64,000 nt of DNA from Nitrospirales bacterium (GTDB taxonomy: Bacteria; Nitrospirota; Nitrospiria; Nitrospirales; UBA8639). Below are positions 1 through 11,851 of this stretch, in pieces. The translations under genes and the position numbers were made by a program. The stretch's first letter is position 1. Every line of letters begins with the position of its first letter. The notes under the pieces were generated by a model. That model did no database searches. It saw only the letters and a list, made by a program, of their open reading frames with translations, and was not told where the DNA came from. Where the stretch lies: positions 1,312,001-1,376,000 of the forward strand of contig CBDBCZ010000019.1 in NCBI GenBank assembly GCA_965203295.1. Reading direction: 5' to 3'.

Positions 1-545
1 GTTATCATGCCACGGTAAAAGGACAGCGGGGGCCTGCGTGGCTGACCACCACGTGGGTGCTCAGCCAGTTCACTCGCCAGCTTGCAGCCGCACGTCGAGC
101 CTACCGCCGCTTTGTCGCGGAGGGCCAGGGGGAGCCGTCCCCGTGGAACCAGGTCACCGGGCAAGTCTACCTGGGCAGTGAGAGCTTTGTAGAGGCGATG
201 CTCCGGCGGATCCCACCTGATAACCGGGAGCAGATCGCGCAGGAAGCGTTGCAGCCTCGCCGTCCAACGAGCGAGCAAGTGGCGAAGGCGGTGGCAAAGG
301 CGGCAGGGGTGGCGACATCCGTGGTATTGGACCGGCAGCACCGTCAGGATATGTTTCAGACAACCGTGTATCTCCTGCGGCGGGTGTGTAACGAGTCGTT
401 AAAGGCCACCGCGGCTCTGGCTGGAGTGTCGCCGGCTCGGGTCTCACAGATTCAACGCCAGATTGAAGAGGCCGGGGGCCTGACTCATGCGTTTCCCTGG
501 ACCCGACGGGTGAAATGGGCTAGAAGGTACAGTGTTGACCCTTAG
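1..545 (+). mobile_element. C-terminal part of a REP-associated tyrosine (Y1, IS200-like/RAYT) transposase with C-terminal HTH; 5' end outside window
   Basis: Frame is open from position 3 (YHATVKGQRGPAWLTTTWVLSQF...RRAYRRFVAEG...VYLGSESFVE), a pattern typical of RAYT C-termini. HTH-like end (SLKATAALAGVSPARVSQI). Visibly more GC-rich than downstream DNA. Confidence 0.7.
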
Positions 546-573
546 ACGGTATTGGCCCAGAAGGAAGATCTCA

Positions 574-939
574 ATGAGGTTGTCTGGACGAATGATCGGG
601 CTTTTGAAAGAATACATGCACGATCTTGTTGAACAAGCTAAACAGGAAGAGGCTGCGACGCAGGCATTTGGGTATTCCTCGCCACCATACAGGGCTGATC
701 AGGCTGTCTCTGATTTGCTAGCTATTCTTGATGATCGAATCGAGTCAGAAGGTGTTCAGGTAGGGCTGTCGGTGGAATTTCTCCATGATATGTGGACGGT
801 GTGCAATGAAGCGCAAACTCATTTACACGATACGGTTTGGCTCCAAAAGAATTTAGAAGAGGGGCCTTATTCAAAATTCAGAATTCGAGAATTAACCTAT
901 CGTGCCCTTATTGAGTATTTGGAAAACTTACCAGAATAG
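574..939 (+). CDS. conserved hypothetical protein
   Basis: ORF with ATG at 574 after AAGGAAG; globular-looking 121-aa sequence. Confidence 0.7.
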   Translation: MRLSGRMIGLLKEYMHDLVEQAKQEEAATQAFGYSSPPYRADQAVSDLLAILDDRIESEGVQVGLSVEFLHDMWTVCNEAQTHLHDTVWLQKNLEEGPYSKFRIRELTYRALIEYLENLPE

Positions 940-982
940 TTTTTCCTTGCCCTTAGCGCTGTAAGCCGATACCATTCATTCC

Positions 983-2172
983 TCAATCAACTTCCGAAGC
1001 CGCTTTGACAGTTTTGCCAGGTTCATAATGAGGCAGATGCGGTCCACACAGTCGCTCTAGTGCGGTGAGCAGGGTCCTGACATGATCAAATTGAGATGAT
1101 TCTCCCATAAGCCCAATCCGCCAGACCTTTCCGGCTAATGGTCCCAGCCCCCCCCAATTTCAATGCGAAAGTCTCTCAAGAGTTGTGAGCGAAATGAACG
1201 ATCCTCGACAAACGTGGGAAGCGTCACGCAAATCAAGGTGGGAAGGGAGAATTCCGGATGCGGAAATAACTTAAAACCGAGGGCTTGGAGGCCAGCTAAA
1301 AGAGCTTTGCTATGTTTGCGATGACGAGCAAAACGAACTTCCAACCCTTCCTCATGAATAATGCGTAGAGATTCCCTGAGTGCGTAGATCATAGAAATGG
1401 GTGCCGTATGGTGATAGGTTCTTTTACTTTCGTTCCAGTACTCGGAAAAGAGCGAACAATCTAAATACCAGCTCTGACAGGGTGTTGTTCGGTTTTTGAT
1501 CACCTCGATCGCACGATCACTCAGCGTCAATGGGGATAACCCAGGTGGGCAACTCAGACATTTTTTGGTTGCACTGTAACAAGCATCGGTTCCCCATTCA
1601 TCGACATTGACAGGAAGTCCACCCAAAGAGGTAACGGCATCGACCAGTAACAGGGCCCCATGCTCATGGCAAATTGACGCCAAGTCTTCAATGGGTTGTC
1701 TAACCCCTGTTGACGTCTCTGCATGAACAAGAGCTACAGCCTTTACTGGTTTGTTGCTCTTTAAGCATTGCTCAATAGCAGAAGGGGGAATGACGTGACC
1801 CCATGGAACTTCGATAGGAATAGGTTTCCCGCCGCATCTAACCACCATTTGAGAGAGTCGAGTGCCAAAGACCTCTTTGATGCCAACAATAACAAAATCT
1901 CCGGGTTCCACAAGATTGACGATAGTCGTCTCCATGGCCGCTGAGCCCGTACCGGATACGGCAAAAGTCGAACGATTCTGAGTTTGGAACAACCAACGCA
2001 AGAGGTCTTGCACGTCGTTCATCATGGCAAGGAACTCGGGATCAAGATGCCCGATCAGCGGAGTATTCATGGCGCGGAGGACGCGAGGATGCACCATGCT
2101 TGGGCCGGGCCCGAGTAAAAGCTTCGGAGTGGGGTTTAGCTCGCTAAAGCTGGACAACGAAGAATACCTCAA
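983..2172 (-). pseudogene. alanine-glyoxylate/serine-pyruvate aminotransferase (class V PLP), frameshifted near C-terminus
   Basis: LLLGPGP, HAETSTGV and VDAVTSLGG motifs. ORF ends IEIGGGWDH at a G8 run (~1148-1155); adding one G restores [18 protein letters not shown]...SEVD* ending at 983. Confidence 0.85.
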
Positions 2173-2323
2173 CGTGTATAGGGGGAGAAATTGTAACGGA
2201 ATTCATTGATGGTGGCTATGATCTTTAAAGATATTGTGATAAGAGCAGATAGTCTGGGGAATCTTCCTTCGTTGTTGAAGGTGTTTATGCCTCTTATGAG
2301 AAATACGAGGTGATGAGGGTTGA

Positions 2324-3822
2324 TTGAATCTCTCTTCTGAACCAGAGTCAAATGTTGAGCCTCAGGAAGTTCGAGAAGATCATGGTTCCTCTGTCCCACC
2401 CATTCGGTTTCGGGTATTTCCCACAGCTATCCTCGCCAGCATACTTGTCATCTTCGTGGGCTTGTTGATTCTGGTTCACTTTTCGACACCTAAACTAGAA
2501 GGCGTTCAACGCCCAGAACTTGCACTGGAAATGGTGGCTAACCAAATGATGTATCTGCGTCAAGGGTTGGCTGGTACTCCGGAATGGGAACAAACTTTCA
2601 ATGAAGTCGTGGGCGGAACAGATCAAGAGATTGATCAATTAATCGAATGGTATGCCGAGTTGGCCGAGAATTCCTCTGATCCCCTTGTCCACTTGTACTT
2701 GGCGGTCCTCCAAGTGGAAGGAGGGTATCTCGAATTGGTAAAAGACAAGCTCAGTGAATGGCAAAATCGCCCGATCCCGTATCCATTCTTTGCCACTCTG
2801 TTAGGGGTGGCCTTTTTCAATGAACCGGTTACTGGTTCAGATGCTCTAGAGCTCCAAGCCCGGTTAGCCGAAATGGTTCCAGACAGTACAGTTGGTTTTA
2901 TTATCAATTAGAAGGAAACGTTACCTTGCGTTTCCCGAATTCACCCAGGATGTCGGTGAATCAGGAAATTTTGGAAGCCCGGTCTGCTCGATTAGTCCAA
3001 CGCAATCGGGTTATTGGTCTGACCGAGATGTTGCTCTTTATTGTCGGTTGCTTGGCACTCACGATTTTGGTGTGGCAAGGTTGGCGTAAGGGAAAAGACA
3101 CGTATTGTGTAGGAGAAGCCTATTTCCCTCCCCCGTGGCCTGGGTGGCATGGAGTGACAATGTTGTTACGAGGGGGAGGGTGGGCGGCTCTCTTGTTGTT
3201 CGTCGTCTCCCTGATTGGAGGTGAGCAGCCTATTGTTCTCTTCTTTCTTAGTCCTCTCCTTCTTCATGTTCCGGTTCTTCTGTTGGCTCAGTGGCATTTA
3301 TTTTCTCCTTACAGCCTTTCGTTGGGACGTGGTACAGGGTGTTGGGTCGTACCTGGTGGGTGGGGATCCTTTGGCCTATTTGTTCTGGCCATGGTTACTC
3401 TAGGATTGTTTGGAGATTGGGTTATTGCGTAGGGGGCAGCTGAATGGCAAAGTTCTATTCACTGGACCGATTGGTATGATCCGATCCTCGTCATGGGGAG
3501 TGTAGGAGAACTTGTCCCTGCGATCTTAGGGTATGCCGTGATTGCGCCGGTTTTAGAAGAATTCGTTTTTCGGGGTATTTTGTACGCGACGATTCGCCGT
3601 CAATTGGGGCCGTGGGGTTCTATCCTGATAAGTGCAGTCATTTTTTCTCTTGCCCATGGATATGGAGTCGTTGGAGGATTGACTATCTTTTTGAGTGGGA
3701 TTCTATGGGTTTGGGCCTATGAAAAAACAGGAAGTTTATTGCCGGGAATGGCAGCTCATGCCCTCAATAATTTCTTGGTTTGTGGTACGGTATTACTTCT
3801 TAGTTGTCAAATACCGACGTGA
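2324..3822 (+). pseudogene. CPBP (CAAX/Abi) intramembrane glutamic endopeptidase, disrupted
   Basis: EEFVFRG, FSLAH and HALNN motifs in 3493-3822. An ACAGT tandem duplication at 2883-2892 causes a frameshift, and there is an in-frame TAG at 3430-3432. Confidence 0.85.
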
Positions 3823-4610
3823 AAACTTTCAAGTAGGTCTAAAGCTTTGTAGAGATCAGGATGTCTCAGGGTGTAATGGAGCCCAGTGAAAATTTTATTT
3901 GGACGAAGATGTTTCCCCAAGTTTTCTGGTTGGACAGAAGGAGAAGCATGAAGGCCCCACCGTTGTGCTGCCATTTGGCATATTTCTGAACAAGGACGCG
4001 GTCTGCCGTCGCTGAGAATATACATTTCTGCCGGTTGGCTCCGCTCTAGTGCAGCTAGACAGATTCCAGCTACGTCCTCAACATGAATAAGATTGATGAA
4101 CCGCGAGCTGTTCGAGAGTTTTCCCCTGCGGATCCAATTGACAACATTTCGTCCGGGTCCATATATCCCTGCTAACCGAAGAATGATCACTCCAAGAGTC
4201 GCTCGGAGGAATTCCTCACATTTTACCCGTGGTAACGAGCAATCTGGCTTTACTGTTTCATCGATGATGCTTCCCTCTTTTGCCGGGTAGGCTGAAGTAC
4301 TCCCCAATACCAAAATCCGTGCGCCTCGTTCCGTCACCAGTTTGGCAAAATTGGTGGCGTGTGTTTGTGGAAGGGGAGGGAAACACCAGAAGAGATCCGC
4401 GTTCTCCGGTATATGTTGCCAAGTCTGTTCTTTTAGCAGATCAAATTCAATGCGTTGTTGAGGAGGAACAAAAGTCAGGTGGGCGTCGGGGGAACGGCTG
4501 GTACAGTAGACCTGCCTCCCCTGGGCTTTGGCCTGATCATAGATGAAACGCCCAGCGTACCCTGCTCCTAAGATAATCAGCGGTCGTGGGAAGGAATCAG
4601 TTGCTGACAA
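3807..4610 (-). CDS. NAD(P)-dependent epimerase/dehydratase (atypical SDR)
   Basis: ILGAGYAG Rossmann motif, LRLAGIYGPGR, NLIHVED. Confidence 0.85.
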   Translation of the reverse strand: MSATDSFPRPLIILGAGYAGRFIYDQAKAQGRQVYCTSRSPDAHLTFVPPQQRIEFDLLKEQTWQHIPENADLFWCFPPLPQTHATNFAKLVTERGARILVLGSTSAYPAKEGSIIDETVKPDCSLPRVKCEEFLRATLGVIILRLAGIYGPGRNVVNWIRRGKLSNSSRFINLIHVEDVAGICLAALERSQPAEMYILSDGRPRPCSEICQMAAQRWGLHASPSVQPENLGKHLRPNKIFTGLHYTLRHPDLYKALDLLESFHVGI

Positions 4611-4697
4611 GAGATGTGCCCCTCTGTCAAATGGGGTGAGAAAGAACGCACATCGGCAAGCGATTTCTAGTCCAACCCTGATGTTGACAAACCGTGT

Positions 4698-5209
4698 TCA
4701 CTGTTCTGCCATGTATTCGCGAGAATACGTGATGTAATTGTTGGCTGATTCTTGAATCCATGCTAGTTCCCTTTCAGTGATGGCACGATGGACTCGAGCA
4801 GGAGATCCCAGGGCAAGGCTCTTCGGTGGAATCGATACTCGTTCGGTCACCAGAGCCCCGGCCCCTATAATGCAGTCCTCTCCAATGATGGCTCCGTCCA
4901 TAACAATGGCCCCCATTCCCAATAAAACCCTGTTGTGGATCGTGCAGCCGTGAAGCACGACTGGTGGCCGATGGTGACGTCATCTCCGATAATCAGGGGA
5001 TGGGCGTCATGGGTGACATGAAGGAGTGACAGATCTTGGACGTTCGTGCGGTCGCCGATTCTAATGAAGTGAACACCACCGCGGACGACCGAGTTGAACC
5101 AGACACTGGAGTCTGACCCGATGACCACGTCCCCAATAATGACGGCGTTGTCGGTAATGAATGTACTGGGAGGAATGGTGGGTTGCATGCCACGATACGA
5201 CTTAATCAT
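4698..5209 (-). pseudogene. gamma-carbonic anhydrase family (YrdA-like) hexapeptide protein, frameshifted
   Basis: IGDVVIG, IGDRTNVQD, TIGH, then LHGCTI in another frame; 1-nt deletion near 4962. RGDV motif reads RGGV. Confidence 0.85.
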
Positions 5210-5262
5210 AAAATTACTGCACGAAGTCCGTCTTGAAGAATCTCGTTCACGAAAAGGTCGGC

Positions 5263-5754
5263 CTACGGTCTGACTAATATGGCAGCAATAACCAAGACCG
5301 TTAGAGCGGTCATCACGGCAACATAGACGGTGATGCTTCTATCGCTCAGCCAGGCCGTCTACCAGTCTTTGGGATACAGCGCTTTCTCTACCAAATACAA
5401 TCCTTCATCATAGAGGCCCAAGACTCTCTCCATCTCAATTAACGTTTGTCTGGCTATTCGGTGACGATCTCGCTGTTGAAGAATAAGATAAATAAAAAGA
5501 GCAGAGAATAGTGCCGTTCCGGTTATGGAAAAGAGGCGAACGGTGGCATCCAAAGGATTGTCAGAAGAAAGCGCTATCAGAGTGATAAGGAGTAAAACTA
5601 AAAAGGCATTTGCAAATGCGGTCAACCGCATCATCTGCTCGCGTCGTCGAAACACCTCCTCTTTATACCAGGGATACAGAACTCGAAGGACTTCGAGCTG
5701 TTCCTGGCGTAGCCTACCAGAGGATTCGGTTGGGGGATAGGACAGCTCGCTCAT
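5263..5754 (-). pseudogene. membrane protein with in-frame TAG
   Basis: Two TM helices, TAG at 5359-5361, then the same frame continues TAWLSDRSITVYVAVMTALTVLVIAAILVRP* (third TM helix). Confidence 0.65.
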
Positions 5755-6530
5755 GAGTCACAAGAGAGGTGCTCTGTCATCCAAGTGGCTAAGAGCAAGG
5801 TCATTTCCAGAAAATCCTCTGGACGACTAAAATGATGATCCGCTCCTGGTAGAACATGAAGTTCATTTTCCCCTTTGAACGATCGCGCAAGTTGACGGAC
5901 TTGAGAAATTGGAACAAGTTCATCGGCTTCGCCATGAACAATACAAGTTGGAATGTGGATCTGTTCTGCCGCGGAAAAGGCATTGTATTGGCAAGACGTT
6001 TCGTAAAAGGAAAATTCCAAATCGAGCATGGTTCCCTTTTCCATCGAATTCGGAATTTGATTGGTCCGTTGCCAGACTGCCATGTCACCCTCTCCGAGTT
6101 GGTTGCGGAATAGTTTTGGAAGGTTCGGAACTGGGCATTTGAGGCCAATGGTCCAAAGGCTTGAGTACAAACCTCCCTTGAGTATGCTGATTAGACCTCC
6201 AAAGCTCGAGCCGATAATGCCGATTCCTGTATAGCCTTGTTTTCCGAGATATGCCATGGCGTTGTCAAGTTGTTGGCAACAGATTTCTATGGTGATGTTC
6301 GAAAAAGTTCCTTCGGATTCACCCATGCCAAACCAATCGAATCGGAATGTGGCAATTCCCTGAGGAATAAGCAGTTCAGTCAACCGCTGATTTGTTTTGC
6401 TGTTTTTCTGCGACAGAAATCCGTGGCAAAGCAGAACCGCTCTTGTGGTCGGCTGATCCGGTTTCGAAAGAATGGCCGAGACCATGTGTCCCTTTTGATC
6501 CTGAAACGTGCAGTTGATGTGATTCATCAA
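5751..6530 (-). CDS. alpha/beta-fold hydrolase
   Basis: LCHGF, FDWFGMGESEG, GSSFG nucleophile, HGEADE, GADHHF. Confidence 0.9.
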   Translation of the reverse strand: MMNHINCTFQDQKGHMVSAILSKPDQPTTRAVLLCHGFLSQKNSKTNQRLTELLIPQGIATFRFDWFGMGESEGTFSNITIEICCQQLDNAMAYLGKQGYTGIGIIGSSFGGLISILKGGLYSSLWTIGLKCPVPNLPKLFRNQLGEGDMAVWQRTNQIPNSMEKGTMLDLEFSFYETSCQYNAFSAAEQIHIPTCIVHGEADELVPISQVRQLARSFKGENELHVLPGADHHFSRPEDFLEMTLLLATWMTEHLSCDS

Positions 6531-6613
6531 AAGTTTTATCTTGAAGCAAGAAAATTACGGATTCGTCAATTGGGTGGCTGAGATGGAACAGGCAACACGG
6601 GAGTGCTGATCGG

Positions 6614-7405
6614 TCAATTCTCTAGGGAAAAAAAGTGGTTGGTTGGTCCATGTCCATGGCCAATGGGTAGACTATGGCGAATGGCGTTAGTCAAATAAGT
6701 TTTTGCGATCGTAATAGCCTCGGTGAGGTCCTTTCCCCGTGCTAACTGGGCAGTAATGGCTGACGCGTACGTACAGCCGGTCCCATGGTTATGAGGAGTC
6801 TGAATGAATTCGCCTTCGTACATGCGAAAGAACCGCCCATCGTAGAGAAGATCAGTGGCGGGGCGTTCGAGGAGATGGCCTCCTTTGAGGAGAACAAAGC
6901 GACATCCCATTTTCTGGATGGATTTCGCAGCCTGTCTGGCTTCAGGAAGGCTTCGAATCTGAATGCCTGACAGCAGTTCCGCTTCTTGAATATTCGGCGT
7001 CACAAGAAAGGCAAGGGGTAGCAACTCCGATTTGAGGGTATCAATGGCATCAGCTTCCAAGAGTGTATGGCCACTTTTTGATACCATCACTGGGTCGACG
7101 ATCAGGAATGGGTCTTTATGACTCGATAATTGGCGGACGATTGTTGTGGTGATGGAAGACGTAGAAAGCATTCCCGTTTTTACCGCTGACACGTCGAAGT
7201 CATCAAAGATGGCTTTGAGTTGAGCCTCAATAATGGATTCAGGGATGTTGTAAATCGCCGTGACTCCTTGAGTGTTTTGTGCGGTGATAGAGGTAATGAC
7301 TGACATGGCGAAGGTGCCATTCGCCGACATGGCTTTGATGTCAGCCTGGACGCCAGCTCCACCCCCGGAGTCTGATCCAGCAATAGTAAGAACCTGTTTC
7401 ATCAT
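6614..7405 (-). CDS. thiD: hydroxymethylpyrimidine/phosphomethylpyrimidine kinase
   Basis: [37 protein letters not shown]. Confidence 0.95.
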   Translation of the reverse strand: MMKQVLTIAGSDSGGGAGVQADIKAMSANGTFAMSVITSITAQNTQGVTAIYNIPESIIEAQLKAIFDDFDVSAVKTGMLSTSSITTTIVRQLSSHKDPFLIVDPVMVSKSGHTLLEADAIDTLKSELLPLAFLVTPNIQEAELLSGIQIRSLPEARQAAKSIQKMGCRFVLLKGGHLLERPATDLLYDGRFFRMYEGEFIQTPHNHGTGCTYASAITAQLARGKDLTEAITIAKTYLTNAIRHSLPIGHGHGPTNHFFSLEN

Positions 7406-7558
7406 GTCTGGAAATGGTAAATGCTTGTGGGAAAAGGTGATATTTGAAGCTAATAGTTGGGATTTGTCTTGCCCAATTTCGACTGTATCATGGGCGGAAA
7501 ATGGTGGTCAAACTTTGTCATTGCATAGGGAAATTGACGAACCTGCCTAGGAGCGTTG

Positions 7559-7998
7559 ATGTTAGGACAAAAGAGAAAGATTCTTCCCTCGAATAAGGTT
7601 TTTTTCCTTCTTTGTTTTTTTCTTGGTAGGAGGATGTGGAGGAGACCATCAAGAAGTCTCAGTGTATGCCGAGGAATTTCGCTTTACCCCCAGGCATATC
7701 AAGGTCAGTGCTTTAGGGCCGATTCGTCTTGTGGTCACGAATTTGGGGAGAGAACGTCATATGTTTACGAGTTCCCTGCTGAGCATACCAGATTTGACTG
7801 TTTCTTATGAGACAGAAAGAAAAGCGGGTTTCAAGGATACGCAAGGAATTCCCATAGATCCTGGAAAGTCCCTTATTGTCGTGTTAAAGGCTCCGCCGCC
7901 GGGAAGTTATGGCTTTAAATGTTTGATTCGTGGACATAATAGAGGATATGGAAGGTACGCTCACGGTGGAGAAAAACCTGAGTGGCCCTGGTTCCTAA
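7559..7998 (+). pseudogene. cupredoxin-domain lipoprotein, doubly frameshifted
   Basis: Lipobox-like LVGGC; N-x-G-x-x-x-H; GSYGFKCLIRGH, then MEGTLTV in a shifted frame (~7947). Signal peptide is offset across poly-T runs at 7599-7621. Confidence 0.7.
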
Positions 7999-8113
7999 GG
8001 AACCCAGGACCACGACCTGTCAGAGTTTGTCAGATTTTCGAGGAAAAAAGGGAGGATCAATTCAGGGCCTGAGATGTACCCAAATTGCAATCAAAACTAG
8101 CCCGAGAAAACAG

Positions 8114-8398
8114 CTACTTCATATTGTGGTAGGGTTGGCGGTGTTCTTCATCCCGATGGCAGCTCTTTTCCGCCAACATACGTTGGCCAGCAGTGGCATT
8201 GCCAGGAATTCTTTTTAAACAAGCCTCTAAATTGTCCCCTTCGGTTCCCGCGGCTACTGGTTCTGATGCCTCGGCCTGAACGCTTCTTTCAGCCGTCTCC
8301 TTGGTCTCATTGCCGTACCACGCACAGCCAGCAGTAATAAAGGCGAAGAGTCCAAGAATCGCTAAGAACCCTCCAATTCGAAATTGTTTCTTGCTCAT
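8114..8398 (-). CDS. small lipoprotein, hypothetical
   Basis: MSKKQFR + hydrophobic core + TAGC lipobox; GGAGG-like RBS upstream. Confidence 0.7.
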   Translation of the reverse strand: MSKKQFRIGGFLAILGLFAFITAGCAWYGNETKETAERSVQAEASEPVAAGTEGDNLEACLKRIPGNATAGQRMLAEKSCHRDEEHRQPYHNMK

Positions 8399-8495
8399 GA
8401 AAAGTCCCCTCCTTTGCTTAAGAAATGCCACTATAATCAAGGAATCAAAAAAACGCAAGTCATGCAAAATAAAAGAGGTATAGGGGAGTGCTTGC

Positions 8496-8525
8496 TTGAC
8501 ACGTGGGGTCTTCATTAGCTACCGT
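8496..8525 (+). promoter_or_regulatory. candidate sigma70 promoter for glyQ
   Basis: TTGACA-N18-TACCGT. Confidence 0.35.
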
Positions 8526-8612
8526 GTAATAGGTATTTTATTCTAAATAGAGGCCCTTCCACTTACAGACTGTGGTGAGCAGAATTCATCCACGAAGCGG
8601 TGGGAATGACCG

Positions 8613-9530
8613 GTGACCGTTCAGGATCTCATCCTTTCCCTCCACCGTTATTGGGCTCAACAACACTGCACCATCCAACAACCTTATGACCTGGAAAAAG
8701 GGGCAGGGACGTTCAACCCTGCGACTTTTTTACGGGCTCTAGGGCCTGAGCCGTGGCGAGCAGCTTATGTTGAGCCATGCCGTCGACCGACCGACGGACG
8801 CTATGGCAACAACCCTAATCGCCTCCAGCATTATTATCAATACCAGGTGGTGATCAAACCATGCCCAGATAATATTCAGGCTCGGTACCTTGAAAGTCTT
8901 TCCTGCCTAGGGATTAACCTCCGCAAACACGACATCCAGTTCATCGAAGATGATTGGGAATCCCCCACACTTGGAGCATGGGGGTTAGGGTGGGAGGTTC
9001 GTCTTGATGGGATGGAGATTACACAGTTTACCTATTTTCAGGAGGCTGGTGGACTGGAGTTAGACCCAGTGACTGTCGAATTGACGTATGGCACTGAGCG
9101 GATCGCCATGTACATCCAACAGGTGGATAACGTCTATGATTTGCAATGGTCGCAAGGCCTCACATACGGTGATTTATTCCATGCCTCTGAGGTGCAATTT
9201 TCTCAATACAATTTCGAGCAGGCTGATGTGAAAATGGTGAAGTCGACCTTCGAGGCTTTTGAGTCGGAATGTCGGCGGCTTTTGGAAGTCGGGCTGCCCT
9301 TACCAGCTTACGATTACTGTATGAAGACATCCCATCTGTTTAATCTCCTCGATGCTCGTGGGGCAATTGGTGTGGCCGAACGCACGGCCTATATTGGTCG
9401 AGTGCGAGCATTAGCAAGGGGTTGTGCGGAGGAATACGTGGAATTTCGCAAATCGCTTGGATTTCCCCTGCTTGGAACCAAAGGGACAGTCTTTCAATCT
9501 TCAGGGAAGGAAAAGAAGGTTTTTGCGTGA
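8613..9530 (+). CDS. glyQ: glycine-tRNA ligase alpha subunit
   Basis: [36 protein letters not shown]. Confidence 0.98.
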   Translation: MTVQDLILSLHRYWAQQHCTIQQPYDLEKGAGTFNPATFLRALGPEPWRAAYVEPCRRPTDGRYGNNPNRLQHYYQYQVVIKPCPDNIQARYLESLSCLGINLRKHDIQFIEDDWESPTLGAWGLGWEVRLDGMEITQFTYFQEAGGLELDPVTVELTYGTERIAMYIQQVDNVYDLQWSQGLTYGDLFHASEVQFSQYNFEQADVKMVKSTFEAFESECRRLLEVGLPLPAYDYCMKTSHLFNLLDARGAIGVAERTAYIGRVRALARGCAEEYVEFRKSLGFPLLGTKGTVFQSSGKEKKVFA

Positions 9531-9606
9531 TGAGGAGAAACGGTAGTTTTCGTAAGCCATGAGTCTCATATATCGTAAACAAAAGACCATTGGACCATAC
9601 GAAAAA

Positions 9607-11787
9607 ATGGCCAAGAACCTCCAGGTAAAAAAATCAGCCCATGAAGCAGATTTTCTGCTGGAAATTGGGACTGAAGAATTGCCGTGGCGCGTGATTCAAC
9701 CGACATTGGAGAATCTTCGGCAAAGGATAGACCAATTATTAGCGGATAACCGTATCACTCATGGGGTCGTCCGGTCCTTTGGGACCCCTCGAAGGCTGGC
9801 ATTCATCGTCGAAGGGCTTGCTGGGAGACAATCTCCGATTCATCAGGAATTGTGGGGACCTCCAAAATCTGTCGCGTTTGACTCTGAAGGAAACCCCACC
9901 AAAGCCGCTGAGGGATTTGCGAAAACCCAGGGAATCTCGATTCGGGATGTTCAGATAAGAACAACGACCAAAGGCGAGTACCTGTGTGTGGTCAAGGAAG
10001 ATAGAGGGCGTTTAAGTAGGGAAGTCTTAAGGGAGGTCATACCCAAGGCTCTTGAAGGTTTGAGCTTTCCCAAATCCATGCAATGGAATGACTCGGGGAT
10101 TCGATTTGCCAGGCCCATTCGGTGGGTGGTGGCTATGGCGGGCTCGCAAGTGTTGAGGCTGAAAGTCGCCGGGATTGTGGCAGGCAATCATTCCTGGGGA
10201 CATCGTTTTTGGTCTCGCAATAGGACGAGAAGAGAGCACCCTATCACCATTCGTTCCTGTAGGTCCTATGTCAAAGAGTTAGAACGAGCGGGTGTTTGGG
10301 TGGACCCTGATTGTCGGCGTTCCATGTTACGAAAGCAGTTAAGAACCCTGGCTAAGTCAGTGAAAGGTCACGTGTATTCGGAGAACAAAGAAGAACTCCT
10401 TGAGGAGGCCGTTTTCTCTCAAGAATGTCCGAATGCGATTGTTGGGAAGTTTAACGCCGCCTACCTGGAACTTCCTCGAGAAATCTTAATCACCTCTATG
10501 AAAGTCCATCAGGGTTTCTTCCCGATCGTAGGTGCTCACGGCGATTTGCTGGCCAGATTTATCGCTCCCACCAATATGCACTTGCGTGACATGGGACTTA
10601 TTCGAAAAGGGAATGAACGAGTTTTAGCCGCTCGGTTAGCAGATGCTCGGTATTTCTTTGACGAAGACCGAAAAAGTAAACTCGTCGATCGTCTTGAGCA
10701 GCTCAAAGGCGTCATATTTCATAAAAAATTAGGAACACTTTTTCAAAAGACCGAACGAATGGTTCCGGTATCGGCCGTCCTCGCAGATACAGGTGGTTTG
10801 GGTCACTTAAAAGAGGCCTGCCAACGAGCAGCTCTGCTGTCAAAGGCTGATTTGACGACCTGGATGGTTGGGGAGTTTCCAACCCTTCAAGGGATCATGG
10901 GCCGGGAATATGCCAAACAAGACGGTGAGTCTGACACGGTGTGCGAGGCCATTGGTGAGCAGTATTTTCCTAAACTGCCGGATGATCAGATCCCACAGTC
11001 TCCCGTTGGGCAAATACTCTCGCTAACCGATCGATTAGATACATTGGCGGCATTTTTTCGGGCGAATGTTTCGCCAAGTGGTTCAGAAGATCCATTCGGG
11101 TTGCGTCGCCAAGCTTTTGGGTTAGTGCGGATTCTCATTGAAGGAAATCTTGGGATCAACCTGATTGAGATCATTCAACGAGTCAATCATCAACTGAATG
11201 TTCAAGGGGTTTTGCAAACTGGTCTGAATGGGAATGGGTCTGAGGAAATTGGGCCTATCCAAACCCTCTTGGAGTTTGTCGGAGAACGAATACGATTCTA
11301 TGGTCGAAAGCAATCTGGATTTCGAGATGATGTGATGGATGCAGTTCTTCAAGGACGCCAGCGAGATGTTTTTGATATTCTAGACCTATTTGCTCGAATG
11401 CAAGCGCTTCAATATATGACGGGACAGGAAGAATTTGATCCACTGATGGTCGGATTCAAACGTGCGCATAGGCTGGTAGAGAAGGAGGAGTGGTCCAAGG
11501 ATGAGGTGAATGCAGAGTTGTTTGAAGATCAATCTGAACGATCACTCCATAGCGCTCTCATGCATGCTCAGCAAGCGGTGGTGGATTCTTTGAAGAACCG
11601 GCAGTATGGACAAGCATTGGAGGATTTGATCGCGTTAAAGCCCAGCATTGATGATTTCTTTACCGGAGTATTGGTGAATGCCCCAGATCACCCGGTTCGT
11701 TCCAACCGGTTATCGTTGCTCTATCGAGTAGATCGGCTGTTTTTGATGTTTGCGGATTTTTCTAGAATTCAAGTCCAAGGAGCTTAG
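9607..11787 (+). CDS. glyS: glycine-tRNA ligase beta subunit
   Basis: LLEIGTEELP, TPRRLA, GNERVL-ARL-DA, GSEDPFGLRR; follows glyQ. Confidence 0.97.
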   Translation: MAKNLQVKKSAHEADFLLEIGTEELPWRVIQPTLENLRQRIDQLLADNRITHGVVRSFGTPRRLAFIVEGLAGRQSPIHQELWGPPKSVAFDSEGNPTKAAEGFAKTQGISIRDVQIRTTTKGEYLCVVKEDRGRLSREVLREVIPKALEGLSFPKSMQWNDSGIRFARPIRWVVAMAGSQVLRLKVAGIVAGNHSWGHRFWSRNRTRREHPITIRSCRSYVKELERAGVWVDPDCRRSMLRKQLRTLAKSVKGHVYSENKEELLEEAVFSQECPNAIVGKFNAAYLELPREILITSMKVHQGFFPIVGAHGDLLARFIAPTNMHLRDMGLIRKGNERVLAARLADARYFFDEDRKSKLVDRLEQLKGVIFHKKLGTLFQKTERMVPVSAVLADTGGLGHLKEACQRAALLSKADLTTWMVGEFPTLQGIMGREYAKQDGESDTVCEAIGEQYFPKLPDDQIPQSPVGQILSLTDRLDTLAAFFRANVSPSGSEDPFGLRRQAFGLVRILIEGNLGINLIEIIQRVNHQLNVQGVLQTGLNGNGSEEIGPIQTLLEFVGERIRFYGRKQSGFRDDVMDAVLQGRQRDVFDILDLFARMQALQYMTGQEEFDPLMVGFKRAHRLVEKEEWSKDEVNAELFEDQSERSLHSALMHAQQAVVDSLKNRQYGQALEDLIALKPSIDDFFTGVLVNAPDHPVRSNRLSLLYRVDRLFLMFADFSRIQVQGA

Positions 11788-11851
11788 CAGGATTGTAAAG
11801 TTTATTCCTTGTTAATTGCATGAAAGGAATGTAGGGCTTCCTCCTTTCTCC

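Noticed and set aside
1148..1155. G8 tract as phase variation or programmed frameshift
   Set aside because: It encodes a conserved Gly-Gly-Gly; a simple slip or sequencing error is sufficient.
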